Source of the DNA: Toensbergia leucococca
Taxonomy: Eukaryota
Direction: 5' to 3'
Assembly (NCBI GenBank): GCA_022813965.1
Contig: JALDZS010000024.1
Location: forward strand, 1-64,000
Length of the DNA stretch: 64,000 nt
Shown: in pieces, positions 61,745-64,000 of the stretch
Numbering within the stretch: the stretch's first letter is position 1
How the letters are laid out: every line of letters begins with the position of its first letter
Made by a program: the position numbers and the translations under genes
Notes under the pieces: generated by a model
Seen by the model: only the letters and a program-made list of their open reading frames with translations
The model's database searches: none
What the model was told of the DNA's origin: nothing

Positions 61745-64000
61745 TCAGTGCATCTTGGCCAAACTCTGCAAATTTACCAACTCAAAGTACTTACCCCGCA
61801 TCCTCAACAGCTCCCCATGCGTCCCATGCTCCACAATCCGGCCCTGATCAAATACATAGATCATATCAGCCTTTTGGATTGTGCTCAAGCGATGCGCAAC
61901 CGCGATGGTGGTCCTGCCTTGTGCCGCAGCATCTAGGGCCGCCTGGACAACTTTTTCCGATTCCGAGTCAAGCGCCGAGGTGGCTTCGTCAAGGAGCAGG
62001 ACTTTGGGGTCACGCAGGAGGGCACGCGCAATGGCGATTCGTTGTTTTTGCCCGCCAGAGAGCATGCTACCTTTAGAGCCGACGACGGTGGAGAAGCCGT
62101 CACTGAAAGGGAGAAGAGACGGTTAGCCATGCTAGCTATCTTGTTTCAAGGGGGGTAAATGCTTACGGTAAGGACATGATGAACTCGTAGATATTGGCGT
62201 CCTTGCAAGCCTGCACAATGGCTTCCTCTGGCACATCTTCCCTGTCCGCACCCAAGAGTACGTTCTCTCTGATTGATCCCTGATATAACGTCGGTTCTTG
62301 ACTCACGAGGGCAAGGAACCCTCGGTAATCGTTGATGTTCAAACTCGATATTTCTTTTCCGTCAACAAAGACACCACCGATCAGAGGGTCGTAAAAACGC
62401 TCTAGTAACGCGATCGTGGTGCTCTTGCCACAGCCACTCGCTCCGACCAGCGCTACATATTGGCCGGGTTTTACAGTAAGGTTCAGGCCTCTTAGCACGG
62501 GCTGCTCCGGCCTCGTGGGATATCTGAAGTGCACGTCTCGGAACTCGATTGTACCTTCCATGTCCTGGAGTGGTTCGCCATCCTTTGACCACGAATCGAT
62601 ATCTGGCTTCCGGTCGAACAATATCTTGAGCTCATTTGCGGCTTGCTTCGCTTTTCCCATGTCTGGTGCAAAGGAGAATATAGTTCCGGCGGATTGAGCT
62701 CCGAAGATGATGGCTGAAAAGCAGATAAAGAATTGCAGCATATCGTATTCACGATCTGCAATAAGTGTCCCTCCATACCAGAAACCCAGAGCAATACAGA
62801 AAAACATGAAAGCTTGAGACGAGGCGTAGAGAAGTGAAGACCTGGCGACCGAACGAAAACTTCTTTGCCCTTGAAGTACTAAGGACTGGTGATAATGTTC
62901 CCAGACGTCTTCTTCTCGAGTCAACGAGGCAACCGTTCGGATGGCCGCTGTGGCTTCGCAGGCATAGCTCGCAGAGGCTTCATACGCTTTCTTGGCCCTG
63001 TTCTGGAATTGCGCCAACATCCAGAAGCGGAAGAAGCCACACGCGAGTAGAACCGGTATTGTGGATGTACATACGAGAGCAAGCTTCCAACCGATAGCAC
63101 AAGAGACAGAGATGGCACCAATGAGCGTTGTGCTAACAATTAGAATTGTTCCGAGGGTTGAACCGCTCATACCAGCTAAATGTGTCGTTTCCGTTGACAA
63201 AAATGAAGTCAATGCACCGGCGGAGTTCTCTTCTTTGTCAAAAAATGCAATGTCTTGACGCAACATGGTTCGAAATGCTTGACCTCTTGCTCGATGGACC
63301 AATCGCTCAGAACAAAATGCGAACGCGACACCCTGACCGGCGAATGACAGAAATTGCACAATTGCCAGCATCAAATACATCAATGACCAGAAATTAATGT
63401 CGGACCTTAACTTTGCATATTGGCTAGGAGGTAGTGACAGAGAGACGATGGATTTGGCAAAGAAGACTGCTTGGGTAGGGTTACCTGCACCAGCAATAAT
63501 GCAGCAAAAAAGTCCAACAAGCATCAGGTGGGCTTCTTTTCTATTAAAGCTGCCAACGACTTTGATCAATGTCCATAAAGAGTAGTTGAATCCTGGATCT
63601 GGCTTCCTCGATTGCAATGCCATACTAGACGCCGACTTCTCGGAGACGGTGCGGTTGAGCTTATTAGCAATGTCGACATCATCAGGATCAGCCTCGAAGC
63701 CATTTCCCTTCTCTGGACTTGCCGTCTTGAAGATTTTCTCGTCTGCCTCGTCCAGCTGAGCGTTGATCTCCGCATTTTGTTCTTCCTTCTCTGCCGAGAT
63801 ACGTTGGGCTTCTACAAGATTATAATATGCGCCTTTCCCCTCTAAAAGCCGGTCGTGGGAACCTTGTTCGATAATTCGGCCTTGAGACATTACGACGATG
63901 TTGTCCGCGGTCTTGATGGTAGAAAGTCGATGAGCAATGACTATGGTCGTCCTTCCCTTGGCGGCTACGTCAAGTGCAGCTTGAACGACCCCCTCTGACT
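61745..64000 (-). CDS. MDR1: ABCB/MDR-type multidrug transporter (3' part; the gene continues beyond the window)
   Basis: End of NBD1 (IAHRLSTIK), TMD2, then NBD2 with [22 protein letters not shown] and [11 protein letters not shown]. Intron at about 62104-62166. Confidence 0.95.

Overview
Gene-dense, intron-rich nuclear DNA from a filamentous ascomycete (Pezizomycotina; a Lecanoromycetes/Eurotiomycetes-like affinity is my inference, mainly from the calcineurin B N-terminus). It holds about 30 mostly housekeeping genes: NAP1, P5B ATPase YPK9, a SAM methyltransferase, a 51-aa complex I NDUFB2-like gene the ORF track catches only in fragments, BUR1, HOM3, a forkhead TF, an FCP1-like HAD protein, RRP36, a Dig1/Pic1-like protein, RPC19, NDUFA6, BUD31, SNF1-beta, KAE1, EPL1, CNB1, RPL30, MRPS9, EF1-gamma, AOS1, RFX, YOP1, ATG101, PEX3 and a partial MDR ABC transporter. 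There is also a decayed pogo/Fot1-type transposon at the left edge and a MULE remnant near 9.5-10 kb. No biosynthetic gene cluster or large novel protein system is evident. The most interesting signals are non-coding: (1) a TACGGAGTA 9-mer found 7 times, always between divergently transcribed genes; (2) a candidate orphan box C/D snoRNA in the MRPS9 intron, back-to-back with an snR38 homolog in the EF1-gamma intron; (3) a calcineurin B N-terminal extension with no in-frame ATG but a GTG in strong initiation context; (4) tandem MG-N-x-x-S starts in SNF1-beta; and (5) a consensus intron in the AOS1 3' UTR. Exon boundaries were read by eye and are approximate.
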